Source of the DNA: Lytechinus pictus
Taxonomy: Eukaryota
Length of the DNA: 64,000 nt
Direction of reading: 5' to 3'
Assembly: GCF_037042905.1 (NCBI RefSeq)
Contig: NC_087245.1
Coordinates: 930,001 to 994,000 of the forward strand
Part shown: in pieces, positions 50,101-64,000 of the stretch
Position numbering within the stretch: position 1 is the stretch's first letter
How the letters are laid out: each line of letters starts with the position of its first letter
Position numbers and translations under genes: made by a program
The notes under the pieces: model-generated
Seen by the model: the letters and a program-made list of their open reading frames with translations, nothing else
What the model was told of the DNA's origin: nothing
The model's database searches: none

Positions 50101-52312
50101 GTTAGCTATTTGCTGCAGATATCGTGGGACTGGCTTTAAATTTGGTTGTCAATTTAGTTTTAATTTTTATTATCGGACTTGAAATCAAATAAATTTGATC
50201 TCTTCTTTCTGTTGTATAAATATCTATTTTTGGTAACCTTCATCTTGTCTTTCTCTTGTTAATGTCTCCTGAATATATCCCTTGGGGTAATTGTGGAAAG
50301 TGGTGTGCCAATTATCTTTTACTCCACCGCTCGTTGGAATTGGGTTTGAATAAAACATGTTCTAAAAACATCACATCTGACAGACATGGTGTCGTGTAAT
50401 CCTTAGAGAGTCCTCCTTAAAACCTGAAGGAAGAAGATACATTAGAACACTTTACAACACGGAAAATGTTTGTGCGGCTACCCTAAAGGAAAGTGGAGAG
50501 AACATACCAGTCTAGGAATGCAGACCTTTTGGACACTGTCTGACAATTGGGTCTTATCATGTATCCACTCTGGTTTTCATATCAGATAGTTTTGCAAACA
50601 TTCATGAATTCAAGTTGAAGTTAGAAATCCATCTTTGTTTTGATTATCAAATGTAATTGCAAGAACATTTTGCATGTAAATGGTAGAATAGCAAACGGAT
50701 AACGAATGTCTCACTGTCATGAGTTATGAGTGTTAAAATTCCAGGAGACATAAATTACATGTAGACTAGTCTTACTCGTCCTATGGACGGAAACCTTTTA
50801 TCTTTACGTGTCTTGCTCGGCTTATGTTAACAATCTTCGTGAGTTTATGTGAGCTCCGATCAGTGGTAGATATTAACATCGTTTAAATATCAAGGCATTG
50901 ATCCAGAATGTTTAAGCAATTGGTTCTGTGTGATATCGAGCGATTGTAATTGGACCACGAGGGTTAATGAAAGTGAGTTTCTATGGCGTCTCCTTTTCTT
51001 CCATTTCAAAGTTCTACAAATATCTTAACGTAGAAGTGGCTTACGGATCACCATGTGGGGACTCCTGAGAAGTTCTGCTTTGAATATTAATGAGAAATGT
51101 AAAATGGAGGCGTTTTTAGATTATCTTATTTTTAGCTGCACATGCACTGTACTTAATGTATCATTATAAGAATACCTCTAAAAATATTGCGCCTCTTCAC
51201 GTTTGTAATAAAATGTATCCACGTACACGATGTTTACTTCATTAAATTCGACAGTTGCAAGTTATATAGGCCGAGATCCCATCAGAGAAGTGATTTTCAA
51301 TCGTATTATCCCTCGCCATTGTAGGTATACACGCATGTCGCGACGGTAGTCATGTTTGACGTGAGGCATGTGAAATGTAAACTTTGATTTAATCTAAACG
51401 ATGTGATGAGTTTAAAGGATGAATACAGTGCTCCATAATGTCGTTACCATTATGCTTTTACAATAGAATGAAGTGTAGTATAATATGATTTTGCTACAAT
51501 CACTAACGGAACCGGCTCCAAACCTGTAACGATTATGTTGCGGTTTGAAATGCTGTATTATAACTAGCCTAATTATAACCTGGGTCAGCCAGGATTCTGG
51601 AGTCAGTTTCGCGCTTGTAACTGTAGAATTACAAGGTATAGGCAATTAAGCACACGATTAATTGAGACTAGAAATTTAATTAGTCATGAGGACAAATTAT
51701 GTGATATTTCATCGTCTTTCATACAATATAAGATTAGATGTTACAGATTTACCGGGGGAAGGGCAGGTGGACTAAACTTCTGAGCGAATTCCTGAGAGAA
51801 AATTCCATGCAGCAATCTAATGTTCAACATGCTTACATTGAATTCACTGTGGAGCACATTATGTCTAGCCGTTTTTCAACAGTCATGTTATTCTCCGGAA
51901 ATTAAATGTTCTGGCATGAATAGTAAACCATATACATCACACCTCAATATCCTGCTTATTTCGTAACTTTCATCCTCTTTATCCTCAATTTTTTTTGGTT
52001 CTTTTCTCTCACTTGACTTCATCCATGAAGGTCCTCCCTTGTTCCAAGGGATGCTGGAGCAGACATCTATTTATTCACCGTCTTGTTAAAAGCGATTTGC
52101 TTCACTGTCGAGATGAACCCTTTCACTGCTATAATAGTTTTGATTAAATTTATTTCAGTTGTAATGGATGTAAAAATGGGGGGGGGGCAGGATGAGAAAT
52201 TGTCCACTGCAATGCCTTCGAAAGTTATTATGATGACTACTATCAGTTGTATGTTTTTTTTAAATAAAATATCAATTAATTCAAACAGCTTAAGCAAGTC
52301 GTTTTATATTGA

Positions 52313-52530
52313 AATTTGATTTGATTTGATTTATTTATTTCCGTTTCACAATTGTACATAATATGATAAACATAACATAACAAGGTCGAAAATACTACAA
52401 GACAAAATATAATATATATAACATAATCATAGATTTAAGGAACACAATTCAGTAAATAAAGATATCTCAAATGACATTTGTATTTAAAAGTAAAACGGAG
52501 GGACTTGCCGAAATAAGGTGTTTTAAAAAG
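52313..52530 (-). mobile_element. 3' end of a non-LTR retrotransposon with (AAATC)n tail
   Basis: The minus strand has TTATTTCGGCAAGTCCCTCCGTTTT...AAACGGAAATAAATAAATCAAATCAAATC. TCCGTTT and AAACGGA could pair as a 3' stem. No ORF remnant identified. Confidence 0.5.
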
Positions 52531-55439
52531 GCCTAGAATAATGTAGATTCTCATGCAATGTACCAAAATGAAAAATTGGTGATTAAAATATACGCGGATA
52601 TAAATAAAATATTTTTTTTTAAATCTTTCTCTGTATAACAACATTTTTTTCTTTTTAAAGCTATTCACGATTACTTGTTAGGCTATTCAGCCTGTTGCAG
52701 AAAACATCTCATCTGTCATCACTCATCAGTATATCCTTAATTGGGGTCGCGTTAAATCGTATCATCAATATTAGGTCATAAATTAATATCGGAAATGGGA
52801 GATTAAGGCAATTCCGATGTCTGGGTGTAGTATTTAGTTATCTACGTTGAACTCAAAATGATTCTTTTTCTTGGCTTCGTACTGTACATGATAATCGTGA
52901 TAACGTATTTAACATTTGATTTAGAAATCCATTATCTCTCTCATTAATTTGATGAATGCATTTTTGAATTATCAACAGTAATGGTGTTATGCAACCGTTC
53001 ATAATTTTGTTAAATTCTAAATCGAAGTGAATGGGATTATTACCAAATTCTGAATAATGGTTATTGTCCTTGGGGTCGTAATTGGAGCAGAATGGTGTGA
53101 ATTAGTTTGGGTCAGCAGGAATATTTTGAATGTTAGTATGCGATAATTTGAAGGGAAATCTCGTTGACCGAATGACCCGCCCCCCTCGAAATGGAACATG
53201 AAAGGGGTCGTTCCGTGTATCCTATTACGATGCCTCACCCTGTCATAAACATTTTCAGACAAATTTAGAACATGATTCAACATAGTTCCTCTGTATGCAT
53301 GTGATGACAGCTACACTTACTCATGTACTCCGCCTATATTCATGATTATTGCCTGGCTTGGGGTCGCATGCATCATGCCAATGGAGGCCCTATCCCTTTT
53401 ATGACATGTTCCGTTATCATAGGAAATAATAAAAGTAAAAAGAATATCCTTTTCTTTTTTATGCACACCGGAATATCAGTATGTTACAGATCAAACAACG
53501 CATACTAGGCCTAGGATGGATAGCACATGTTTTGCCTTTTCGAATGGGCTATCGTTTAGTTGGGATTCCTCACTTTTTCCCCATCTGTTCCAAAAGGAAC
53601 ACCTCTCCTCTGCAAACTGCACTCGGGACACCGCCCCCTTTCTCTCTCTCTTAAAAGGGGGGCTTTTTTCTTACATACACATACGAGGTTTCAAAGAAGA
53701 TTGATGTCCATATTGTTAGAAATAAACACCAAAAAATATGAAAATGAGGAAAATTTAATTTTTCCGCCCTGTTGTTATCTTCGAAAAATCATGAAAGCTG
53801 ATGAATAATAACTTAATTCAATTATCATTTCCGACAGATTCAAGATCCTTTTTCGAAATCGGAAGTTCCAGTCATTATTTTGGCATTGTTAGAAAAAAAA
53901 TGATGAAAAGTTGACACTTGTTTCAAAGCTATAACGGCCATCACCACTTCCTCCCCGCTGAAACTCCCCCACAGCTGTCCCTCTATACAGTGTCGTCTCT
54001 ATCTCCGGGGAGTCCCGCTGATAAATTCAGGCGTTAGAGCATCGACCAGATACATTACCTATTCCACAATTGGTCCCAATCACATTTGATTCGCGATCTG
54101 TCAATTGGCCCAATTTCCATCTTCTCGAATTGCACAGTGTAGCTTGAGATTCTTATTGGCATTACGCCAATGCATGGCTTATCATATGTAGAGATGCTGG
54201 CCTACTAATTGGTATAGGAGGGGATGTATTTCCAACTTTCGAAGGTTGTCATTAGTCGTAGTACCTTCTTTGGATATTTTGAAAGAAAATTGAAAGTAAC
54301 TACAATCGTAATGAATATTTGCAAAATGCCAGTTCAATGGTTGTCTTATATATGGATGACTTTCATAGACAAACGTAGCTATCATCATTGTTGTTATCAT
54401 GGCTATAAAAAGACAGGTGTTATCACTCATAATAAGGAAAAACAAATGTTCTGAAGATTATGTCTGTTTGTATGTGAAGAAAAACAAAGAACAAACATGA
54501 ACTGGAGTCATACCCCTTCCCATGAAAGCCCATCCTTCCTACCTATTCAATTGTAAGGTAATGGTCATTGTGATGCAGACAAACTAACTTGTTTTATCGG
54601 TTTATATTGAGTACGATGCTATGGAAAGAGTATAGGGTCTGGTCTGACTGACATTTCTTTAATAGAAATGGCGTCTTCCAATTTTCAATAGGTTGGCCGG
54701 TGAATCATTCAAGAAACCCTGTAGTAATAATCAAATTTCGTAAAAGCTTTACTTTACCCTGTGACAAAATTGTATTTGCGGAAGAACAACCATTATGATA
54801 GACGTCATCAGTTTCATCTGATGCACAAATAATTTGTTGTTCTTTTTTTTTAGTAGGCCTATTGTCTATTATTATTATTATTATTATTATACTTATTATT
54901 ATTAGTTTCCCCGTGTTTTAGGCCTATGAGTGCTATATTCGACATGGGTGCTATTGCCATGTCCGTATAAAGTTGAAATATAAGTTGTAAATGGTATCAA
55001 GAATGACTCTGATTGACTATTTGACCCACCTCATTGGATCTCTTTATTTGAACTGATATGATAGGGAGCTTGGATTGCAAGAGGACTAATCTATCTAACA
55101 TCTCTTTATAACAAATCTTGCGTGATTGCTAAATTATTTTCAACACCGAATCTTGAACTTTTTCAAAGGAGCATAAGTTTGGGAGCACGTGGATTGGTGC
55201 CAGGCCTTTTAATCCACAATCTTGAGTTATTGAATGTATTGTGTAGGAGGTCGGTCATGAACTTGTTATCTTGAACTTCACGTGGCTCTGTTGTTCATTG
55301 AAAGTATTTGTTGCCAAAGAAGGTCGTCTGGCAAGCCAATAAAAGATAAGACTTAGCTGAAATATTTTGATTGATTTGTGGCGTAACTTATTTCATGGGA
55401 AAACGTTGATATGCGCATTGTACGAACACACTTGCACAA

Positions 55440-55810
<371 letters not shown>

Positions 55811-56599
55811 CATATTAACAATACTTATGTTAACAATAAAGGACACTCTATCCGCCATATTCTTGTTAATAATGTCCCGTTTGCCCGTCACATCTTTTAT
55901 TAGCTTAATGTATAACGCAAGAGTAACGTGTACCCGTAGAAATGTCATTGTACATCACAGGTGTATCAAGAGAATAAGACCTCCTGGTGATACCTGTGGG
56001 ATTAACACGTCTGGTAATAAGAAATACAAAGAACATCACCACATAACAGCTATGTCCCATGTTTTGCATTCCAGTCTTTATCTGTAGTGTGACGATAGAA
56101 AAATCACTGACGCAAAGTCATGATATCAATCACAACTCTCAAAATCATACACTCCGGGTTTTTTTCTCATTACATGGAGGTAAAATGAACGACATTTTAT
56201 TTATATGATATTAAATAACATCCATTGACATTTGATGAGAATCCTTGAATAATCGCAAAATACTTTCAAATATCCAGTATAATATGTATTAATCAGGATT
56301 ATAAACTCATGTCAGTAATCATACACTTGTCATGTTTACTGTGAATGCCTAATCTTATTTTAACCACATGAAATTTTGATTTTTTTTTCAATTCCTGCGT
56401 GGTCCCAGACGTAGCGGGGGTTGCTATGACTACCACACACGGTTTCCTATGTGTGGGACTGTAGGGTGTAGAGTGAAACTGAGTAATGAGGTCCTTCCTT
56501 GATCTGCATCATGACTCAAGAACATTGTATATCCCAATGGACCGTCCCAACCAAAGACTCATTCTACTTTGAAAGGTAACTTGACCTAGTCCTTTCATC

Positions 56600-56802
56600 C
56601 AGGGGCGGGTCCAAGATATACCAGAGGTGGGGGGGGGGGGGAGGGTCACAACTTTACACAAAATTAAAGAGAGAAAACAAATAGAAGGGTTGCCACTACT
56701 CACTGGGGGTATTTTCCGTCCACATTTTTTGATATATAAGTGTTTAAAAAAGTGGGTTGGGTGTGGGTGTTCCTTCTCGACACCTTACACTGGATCTGCA
56801 CC
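56600..56802. mobile_element. Degenerate hAT-like poly-G MITE related in layout to 11444-11656
   Basis: The left end CAGGGGCGGGTCCAAGAT resembles CAGGAGCGGATCCAAGAT. It has an internal G-run and a right-end remnant TGGATCTGCAC. No TSD found. Confidence 0.5.
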
Positions 56803-57775
56803 ATCTAGCTGCTTTGATGTTTCCCTTGCTTGTTCATTTGCCTCACTCAAAATAAACACACAGACCATGAACAGTATAGGCCTATACCTAATAAGTTGAT
56901 GTTTAACGATGTAAGGCTATAAATGAATCACGACCTGCATCGCGGCCAAATGACCAACACATTTAACATGAGCCCTCGCATAATTTTTAAGAATTTGATT
57001 CAATAATTATTTTGGAAAGTTCTTGATAACTGTTCTGTAGTATTGGTATCGTCCACGTTCTTACACATTGAAATCCAAGACCTTCTACCTGTCTGCATAC
57101 GTTCTAGGGCACTTCTGACAGGTAGATCCTGGGCAGGTTGTTCAAATATTGGTTTAATTCCACCCTTTGGAATGTTGTTACTTTACCACTACCACAGACA
57201 ACACGTTTACAATATGGTATAATAGGTTTACACATCAAACATTGACATAATGAATTATCTACATATGTCGCATTCCAGTGGCAGTCGTTTGCATGATAAG
57301 TCTTATAAAGGTCAAAGGTTCTGAAATAATAAAAGCTCCGCATGAAAACAAATACATGACCTGACCTATATACTCTGCCGTGGTTTAGATTTAGTGACAA
57401 TATCAGAGCATTCAAATGTCATATTGTTGTGTAGTTGTGAATGTAATCAATGTTTAGTTTAGTATGAAATATTAAAATATAAAGTTAATCATAGATTATT
57501 AAACAACAAATGGGGATATATAAGCAGAGCGCAGAATATCAAGATATAAGTCAATGTATTTGACTTCTCTTGCCTCCAAGATGTTATGAGAATATGGAAT
57601 GACATTAGAACAAAGCTGCTTCTTTTACTAACCACCTGGATGGAACGTGGTATACACCATCTTATATGCTTCGAAGCATATGCAGGGATTTGACAAAAGA
57701 GATTCGATAACTTCATTTATACCGTTTTTTAATAGGTTCTTTAATAACAGCTGCCACTCTGAATGCATTGACACA

Positions 57776-57789
57776 GTTACCATGGTAAC
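57776..57789. promoter_or_regulatory. RFX X-box (perfect palindrome GTTACCATGGTAAC)
   Basis: Matches the consensus GTNRCC-AT-RGYAAC. Confidence 0.55.
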
Positions 57790-59821
57790 GTAGTGAGCTT
57801 TAAAGAAAATGTGTGGTATTGATCTGTTCAGCTGGCCGTTAATTCAAAGTTACTATTTCGAAAAAAAGTCCATATTACCATCCTTTACTATCCTATTCTT
57901 TCCGTTTTGTTTATTTTTCCTTTTGCCAAGGAGCTATAGTGTAATTGTTGTCTCAACCCCGATCATATTGAAAGTACAGTTATGGGAACGGCTCGGAATG
58001 AAATCATTCAAAATAGATTACTCTTGTCCAATATTCATAATGCTGTTCTCAACCCCCACTCGGACATGGAAGTTATGGCAGTAGGGTGTTCTAGATACGT
58101 GTTTGTCGGTAGACGGGAGAATTTCATTTGATCCGATCCCCTGCCTATTTATCATGTTTATGATATACGTGAAGGTATCGTCACCCCCTTATCCGACAGT
58201 CATGCACTAATATTAGCCATAGTTTATTGGATAAAAACCTAGTGTGATGATAGGCCACATATACCAGATAGTGACGTGAATCACATTCTATTAGCATGTT
58301 TTGGTCTACTCTATTGTATACTGAAATGGTAACACCAATAGTGTTAAACGCGGGGTTAAACGCCTGAATGTTGTACGTTCATGTATCCCCTTTTATTCGT
58401 TTATCATGAAGATGTTTCCCTTCACCCCTATTATTTCTTGTTTACAATTTGGAATATATATATATATATATATTACTGATCGAGCCCTAATTGTCATATC
58501 ATAAATGATCGGGTTAATAAAGAAATCACCAAAATACATAGTGTAACACTAGGTGGTGCTTCAAAACACAAAGTGATGGTTAGACTTTTTTGAAATATCG
58601 CATTGGATATTGATCTGAATTATGAAATTTAATATATTAATATTATTCCCAATTACACACAGACATATTGATTAGCAAGGACTGTTGACCACTCGTAACA
58701 ACATTTAAGCATTCGGGTCTATTTTTTTTGCGAAGGGTGAAATAGAAGTGTAGGGGTGGTCACATGATCAGACTTTCTAAAATAATAATCTTATTTACTA
58801 AAAAAGAAAAAAGTGGAAAAATTGTGAAAGAAATTTATATTGAGTTCGCCAATTTAAACTCCAGTAATGACGCTTGCGATTCCATGAGGTCAATTTAGCT
58901 GCATTGATTAAGTAGGCATATTACTGTCGTATGATTTGTCTTAATCCTTAGCCTTATCTATGTGCATTTTAACCTCTTGGTAAAATAATTTACTTATTTT
59001 GCATTAACATTTTCGAGCTGACAGAGGCAGAGGTTGAATGGGGAAAGAAAATATAATACGAGCCAGGTTAGTTTCTAATTCATGGTTGACTTACAGCTAG
59101 GAATGATTTGTTGACTTCCTAAAAATGCACCAAAGTTATTTGACCAGGTAATAGGTGAATTTAACACCTCTGTGATATTTTGAGGAAAAATATACTTCCA
59201 TTATATTTCTGCCCTTTAACCTTAACCCAACACTTCGGTCCTCTGTCAGCATAATTATATTGTAGCAATATGACCGTGATTATTGTCATTGACATTAACT
59301 AAGGTCATTGAGCAATAGTAATTAATACTAGTGACTGGAAGAAACGAAAGAGGAGCAAAATAGACATGCCATTAAAAAAAATATTTGGTCAGTAATAGAT
59401 GTTTTGTTGTTCACGCAAGGCATCTTAATGAGCCGTATGCATGTAATTTGCACTGTCTATTAATAATGTTTATAATCTTTACATATAACATGTCCAAGAG
59501 GCGTAATTTAATGTCGTTCTTCAGGAGTCAACTATCATAACAGTGTGTTTGACTGTCAAATTCACTAGTAGGTCCTTCTCATTTTGACACTGCACTGTTT
59601 ATGGCATGCCAATTAACGTATACTTCTATACCCCTGACCAGTTTGCCATCGTTCCATAGTGCATAAATCAAGGTCTCTCTCGATCTGTATATTCATAAAC
59701 ATAACATGTATGAAATATTACCTCCTGGAACCTTTCTACACTCGAAGCGGTGATACACAACAAGTATAGAGATGAAAGCAGGCGATAAGAGGTTCTGACA
59801 ATCACTTTCCACCGTGAATCT

Positions 59822-59835
59822 GTTGCCATAGTAAC
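59822..59835. promoter_or_regulatory. RFX X-box GTTGCCATAGTAAC
   Basis: Matches the consensus GTNRCC-AT-RGYAAC. Confidence 0.55.
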
Positions 59836-60474
59836 CGTAGGACCCTTCTTTGTTTGGTCAATTCCTCACGCATTTCTGGCTCCACCCCCCCCCATACAAA
59901 GACGTTCATAGTTCGAGATCATTTGTTTTCAGATTACAGATTCATATTTCATATGTACATTATAGATATCTCAGCCTGAACTGGATTAAAGACAATAAAC
60001 GTATACTCATTAAGTATATGCCTATAAAAAAGTTAAAGGAAAATCAGCTTAACACCTTCTTTCATGATTTTAATCACCATTTACCAAATTTATTTTTATA
60101 AGCAAAAGCGTTTACAAATGTTGTTTCGATTTGATATAAAATTATATTGAATTTCTGTCGAATGAATTTCATAATTCACGTGAAATTATTATTTGCCTTG
60201 GTATGTATACCCGCAGGATAATATGGCGGGAAAAACAATTATACTTATCCTGGTTTAGCTCATCACGTACCGGCTGCAACAATTAAACGGACCCCATTTT
60301 GAGAAGCGAGATCTAAAGAAAGGGTAAACCCTACCATTCTAAAGATTTTACGTTGACTTTTTTTATCAAATTATGCAGAAACAAACTTTCGTATTCATGC
60401 TGACTAATGCATTCTATTTTGTCGCATTTTGTTTGTCATTTCATCCAAACTTTATAATGTGTTGGCTTTACCGC

Positions 60475-60999
60475 TTTTTGTCTCACCTGCATAGCAGAGT
60501 GAGACTATAGGCGCCGCTTTTCCGACGGCGGCGGCGGCGGCGGCGTCAACACCAAATCTTAACCTGAGGTTAAGGTTTTGAAATGACAGCATAACTTAGA
60601 AAGTATATGGACCTAGTTCATGAAACTTGGCCATAAGGTTAATCCAGTATTACTAAACATCCTGCCTGAGTTTCATGTCACATGACCAAGGTCAAAGGTC
60701 ATTTAGGGTCAATGAACTTAGACCATGTTGGGGGAATCAACATCAAAATCTTAACCTAAGGTTAAGTTTTTGAAATGTCATCATAACTTAGAAAATATGT
60801 GGACCTAGTTCATGAAACTTTGTTGAATTGCCATCATATCTCTATAAGTATATTGGTCTAGTTCATAACACGTGAAAATAAGAGTAACCAAGTATCACTG
60901 AACATCTTGTGCGAGTTATAGTAGTTTTCAAAATCAGCACTGCTGCTATATTGAATCGCGTGATGCAGGTGAGACGGCCAGAGGCATTCCACTTGTTTT
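60475..60999 (+). mobile_element. Non-autonomous Helentron-associated element (HINE; DINE-1/pearl/Tsp-like architecture)
   Basis: T-rich ends. Subterminal inverted repeats GTCTCACCTGCAT (60480-60492) / ATGCAGGTGAGAC (60963-60975). 5' palindrome GTCTCAC...GTGAGAC. (CGG)n microsatellite at ~60526-60545. Tandem ~190-bp core repeats starting at ~60546 and ~60737. Small 3' hairpin GCC-AGA-GGC. Confidence 0.85.
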
Positions 61000-61322
61000 C
61001 ATTGTTATTATGGTTGATACTTTGGAATATGATTCAATATGCATTCAGTCACAAAATACTGCAGATATTGATATGAACCTATTTAACACATCCCTTCCCC
61101 CAAAACAATACTCCTAATGCTGTGAGCGTGTTATAACGTAGAGTAAAAAAAAATATATATATATTCGATTGAATATCAATATATTCAATTTCTGAATGAA
61201 AAGACAAACAAAACATGGGCAATTTTAGATAAATTATCATGAGATTATTATGTAGGCCTATATGTATACGGCACCAGTATATACAATGAAGAATTGCAAT
61301 TCAACTCAGTTGTTACTCTACA

Positions 61323-61373
61323 GACGTCATGTTACGTAACAGTCGATTGTATAATGTTCGTTGCCATGGTAAT
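61323..61373. promoter_or_regulatory. Compact motif cluster: CRE-like GACGTCA, PAR-bZIP palindrome GTTACGTAAC, X-box GTTGCCATGGTAAT
   Basis: Motifs at 61323-61329, 61331-61340 and 61360-61373. Confidence 0.45.
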
Positions 61374-62160
61374 TCACTAATTGTTTTCATCTCTTCTCTG
61401 ATGTTGTTGCTTTACTTGAATCGAGTGGTCCTTGTGTAACGCTATACGGGAATAACAGAGTTCAGGAAAAGTCAGAGAACCTTTGATCTTTTAATACATT
61501 GAAATTGACTCTTCATTTTCTTTATTTTTCATAACTCAACCAAAAATGTCATTCAAGAATCGGCAAACTTTGGCAAACTTCATGTTGACTTCAAGACAAT
61601 GCTGGACCTCTACCAAATAATCTTAACTTTTCACATCGTGCGAAATGAAAACACGCACTGTGCTGTATTAAGAGGACCATCAAATAGCAAATAATAAATG
61701 TAACATCAAGAAAAATAGTGTAGAGTAATTGGAAAAGGAAACAAAGTGTAGTATCGGTTTCCTAGAAAACGAATTGATTCCGAGTAGAGGGTGAGTTCAA
61801 TATGACAAAATGTGGATTGCTAGCTGAAAATTCAATAAATAAATTCATCTGAAGTACAGTACAGAATCTCAGTATGACAATCAAATTGAGCCTCCTCAAT
61901 GTAGACTTGAAGAACATGCATTGCATCCAACTTGAAAACAAGTGCATGGGACTGACTGTGAATTGAATTCCCAATGGATTTTGAATCATGTTTACTCGGT
62001 TTATGTAGATCAATCGTTCGACGAAGGGGGAGATGTCTTCTCCTTTTCACATGTCTTCTTGTTTAGCTCTAAATAGATTATCATTTTGGCTGTTTCACTC
62101 TTTTTGTAGATTTCCTTTTCTACATCTCTGATTTAACATCTCTGTTTATTTTCTTCCTTT

Positions 62161-62169
62161 TCTTTGTTT

Positions 62170-62202
<33 letters not shown>

Positions 62203-62245
62203 TTCTTCTCCTTATCCTCCCCCTCCTCCTCCTACTTCTTCTTCT
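62161..62245 (+). repeat. (TTC)n/(CTC)n microsatellite
   Basis: Directly visible. Confidence 0.93.
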
Positions 62246-63210
62246 TCTTCTTCTTCTTCTTTTTCTATGAAAAAGGGATAGTTGGTCGTCATTCCTCATG
62301 AAATCTAGTTATATAGGATATGCATATGCATTATTATAATTATAATATGCATAATGTCGACATTCGCAGAACTATTTCTCGAAGAAAAGTTTTTTTTTAA
62401 TTTAAAAACATGCTTCTTAAAATTATGTGTAAATCGAGTTTTCAAACTCAGCAACTGGCTTTAATAGCAAAACGTAAAAAATTGTTTTGGAATCTGGTAA
62501 TGAGAAGGAAGGTTTTATTTAATCTACATGATTTGAAGCTGTCGTTGCAAAACTGCCTTGAATAACAAATAAGGGGCGAGCTTACTGCTAAATTCTCTTC
62601 GCATTCGACTTCTCTTACATTTTTCCTGTTATTTGAAAGTGATCCTGACACGACGATGAAAAGGTGAGGAGAAAAGTTCTCCGTTCACGCCTCTTCTCTC
62701 TCTTTATAGTTATATCCTTTTTTTAATCCAGATGGGGAAGGATCAATCTTGAATATTGAATGAAATCAATAATTTGATCTTGACGTAGGATCCTACTCTG
62801 ACACCCTCCTCCTTGAAATCGATCCCATTTATTCCTAGTTTTCTTCTGAATTTCCTTTCTAACTCTAATTCTCTCCGTGAAGACTATTCTCGCCCCTCCC
62901 CTCTTGTTCTTCTTCTTCTTGCTCCTTCATCTTCTTCTTCTCCTCCTCCTCCTCCTGTGCTTTCTTCTTCTTCCATATCATCGTTTTCATCTATTTTGTT
63001 CATGACTGCTCATTGAGTCTGTCAGTTGACTGCAGCAGGATAGTATCAAGTGCGTTGAACCCGGAACAAAGTGAATGTTGTTCACTCTTTTGAGTGCAAG
63101 ATGTATATGGATTTCTGGATAGGCCAGGGGTGGGGTCTGCGATCTGCTATAATTTTCTTTGGCCTTCAAATTCAAACATATCCATGGATACTATGATACT
63201 TATGTCACTA

Positions 63211-63488
63211 CACTGTTAAAAAAACCTGATTTTACAGAAAATAGAAGATTTTGCAAAAAGAAATAACAGAATCATTCTGTAAATTCACAAAGCAGGATTT
63301 TTTCTGCAATTTAACAGAACAAGTCTGTTTAAAAAGGGAAAAGGGTGTTTTATTAAAGGAAATTTGTAAATTTCCATACACCAAATACCAATTTCCCGTA
63401 AGATTACGCAATCTGGTAAGATTACAGGTGTTCTCGAGACTCTGCTGCAGGAACTTCTTTTATTTTAAGGATAAATTTTCTAACAGTG
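63211..63488. mobile_element. MITE with CACTG termini and TA flanks (animal EnSpm/CACTA-like)
   Basis: TA|CACTGTTAAAAAA ... TTTTCTAACAGTG|TA, with internal TTTACAG/CTGTAAA-like repeats. Confidence 0.75.
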
Positions 63489-63561
63489 TATCAAAGCATT
63501 TATAGCAGCTATACCCCCCCCCCCCAAACAAAAAAGGCATTAAAATATGAAATAGACTTAA

Positions 63562-64000
63562 AGGGAAGGTCCAGGCTGGAGATATTTATATCTCAATAAA
63601 TAGAAAAAAAATTCACAAAACAAAATGCTGAAAATTTGATCAAAGTCGGATAACAAATAAAGTTATTGAATTTTAAAGATTTGCATTATTCGATGAAACA
63701 GTTCTCGGCATGTCTTTATGAATATTCATTAGATGGGCTTTTGTATTTTATTAGATGAAATTAAGTTTATTAAAAATTTGTAAACCCAAAACTAAAACAA
63801 TTGGATTGCCAACTGATTAGGTGTATTAGTTATTTATTGCCGGAACTTATTTCATCATAACGGAGACACATCATTTACACATGTATGAAAAAATGAAAAA
63901 ATAACATGAATTCGTGAGGGGGATGTGACATCATCAGCCCATCTGATGAATATTCATGACGATGGGCGGATAACTGTTTTCACAAAATATTGATAAACTT
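63562..64000. mobile_element. Second Kolobok-type non-autonomous element, cut by the window end
   Basis: Starts TTAA|AGGG. AATGCTGAAAATTTGATCAAAGTCGG resembles the arm of the 39.7-kb element. Inverted pair ATGAATATTCATTAGATGGGCT (~63718-63739) / AGCCCATCTGATGAATATTCAT (~63936-63957). Confidence 0.75.

Overview
This is an AT-rich eukaryotic genomic window, not prokaryotic: I see no operons, CRISPR arrays or rRNA. The tRNA-derived Deu/Nin-core SINEs, L2 remnants, many MITEs, poly-G runs and TAGGCCTA enrichment suggest a marine invertebrate deuterostome, most likely a sea urchin (inference). The only well-supported coding sequence is one very large + strand exon (ATG 32290 to donor GAG|GTAAGT at 34665) encoding the N-terminal ~790 aa of a SOGA/MTCL1-family coiled-coil protein. 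I found no downstream coding exon by eye, so the next intron is probably >29 kb. The rest looks intronic or 5'-regulatory. It holds candidate non-coding or micro first exons (several with phase-0 donors), a polypyrimidine-AG|GTAAG site (recursive splice site or proximal first exon), three RFX X-boxes, and at least ten small non-autonomous DNA elements. These have Harbinger-, hAT-, AcademH-, Kolobok-, CACTA- and Helentron-type signatures. There are also two near-full-length SINEs, a 5'-truncated L2, and micro/minisatellites. I found no convincing wholly new multi-gene system. The best leads concern promoter and splicing architecture of the SOGA gene and unexplained motif enrichment. All family assignments come from recalled signatures, not database searches.
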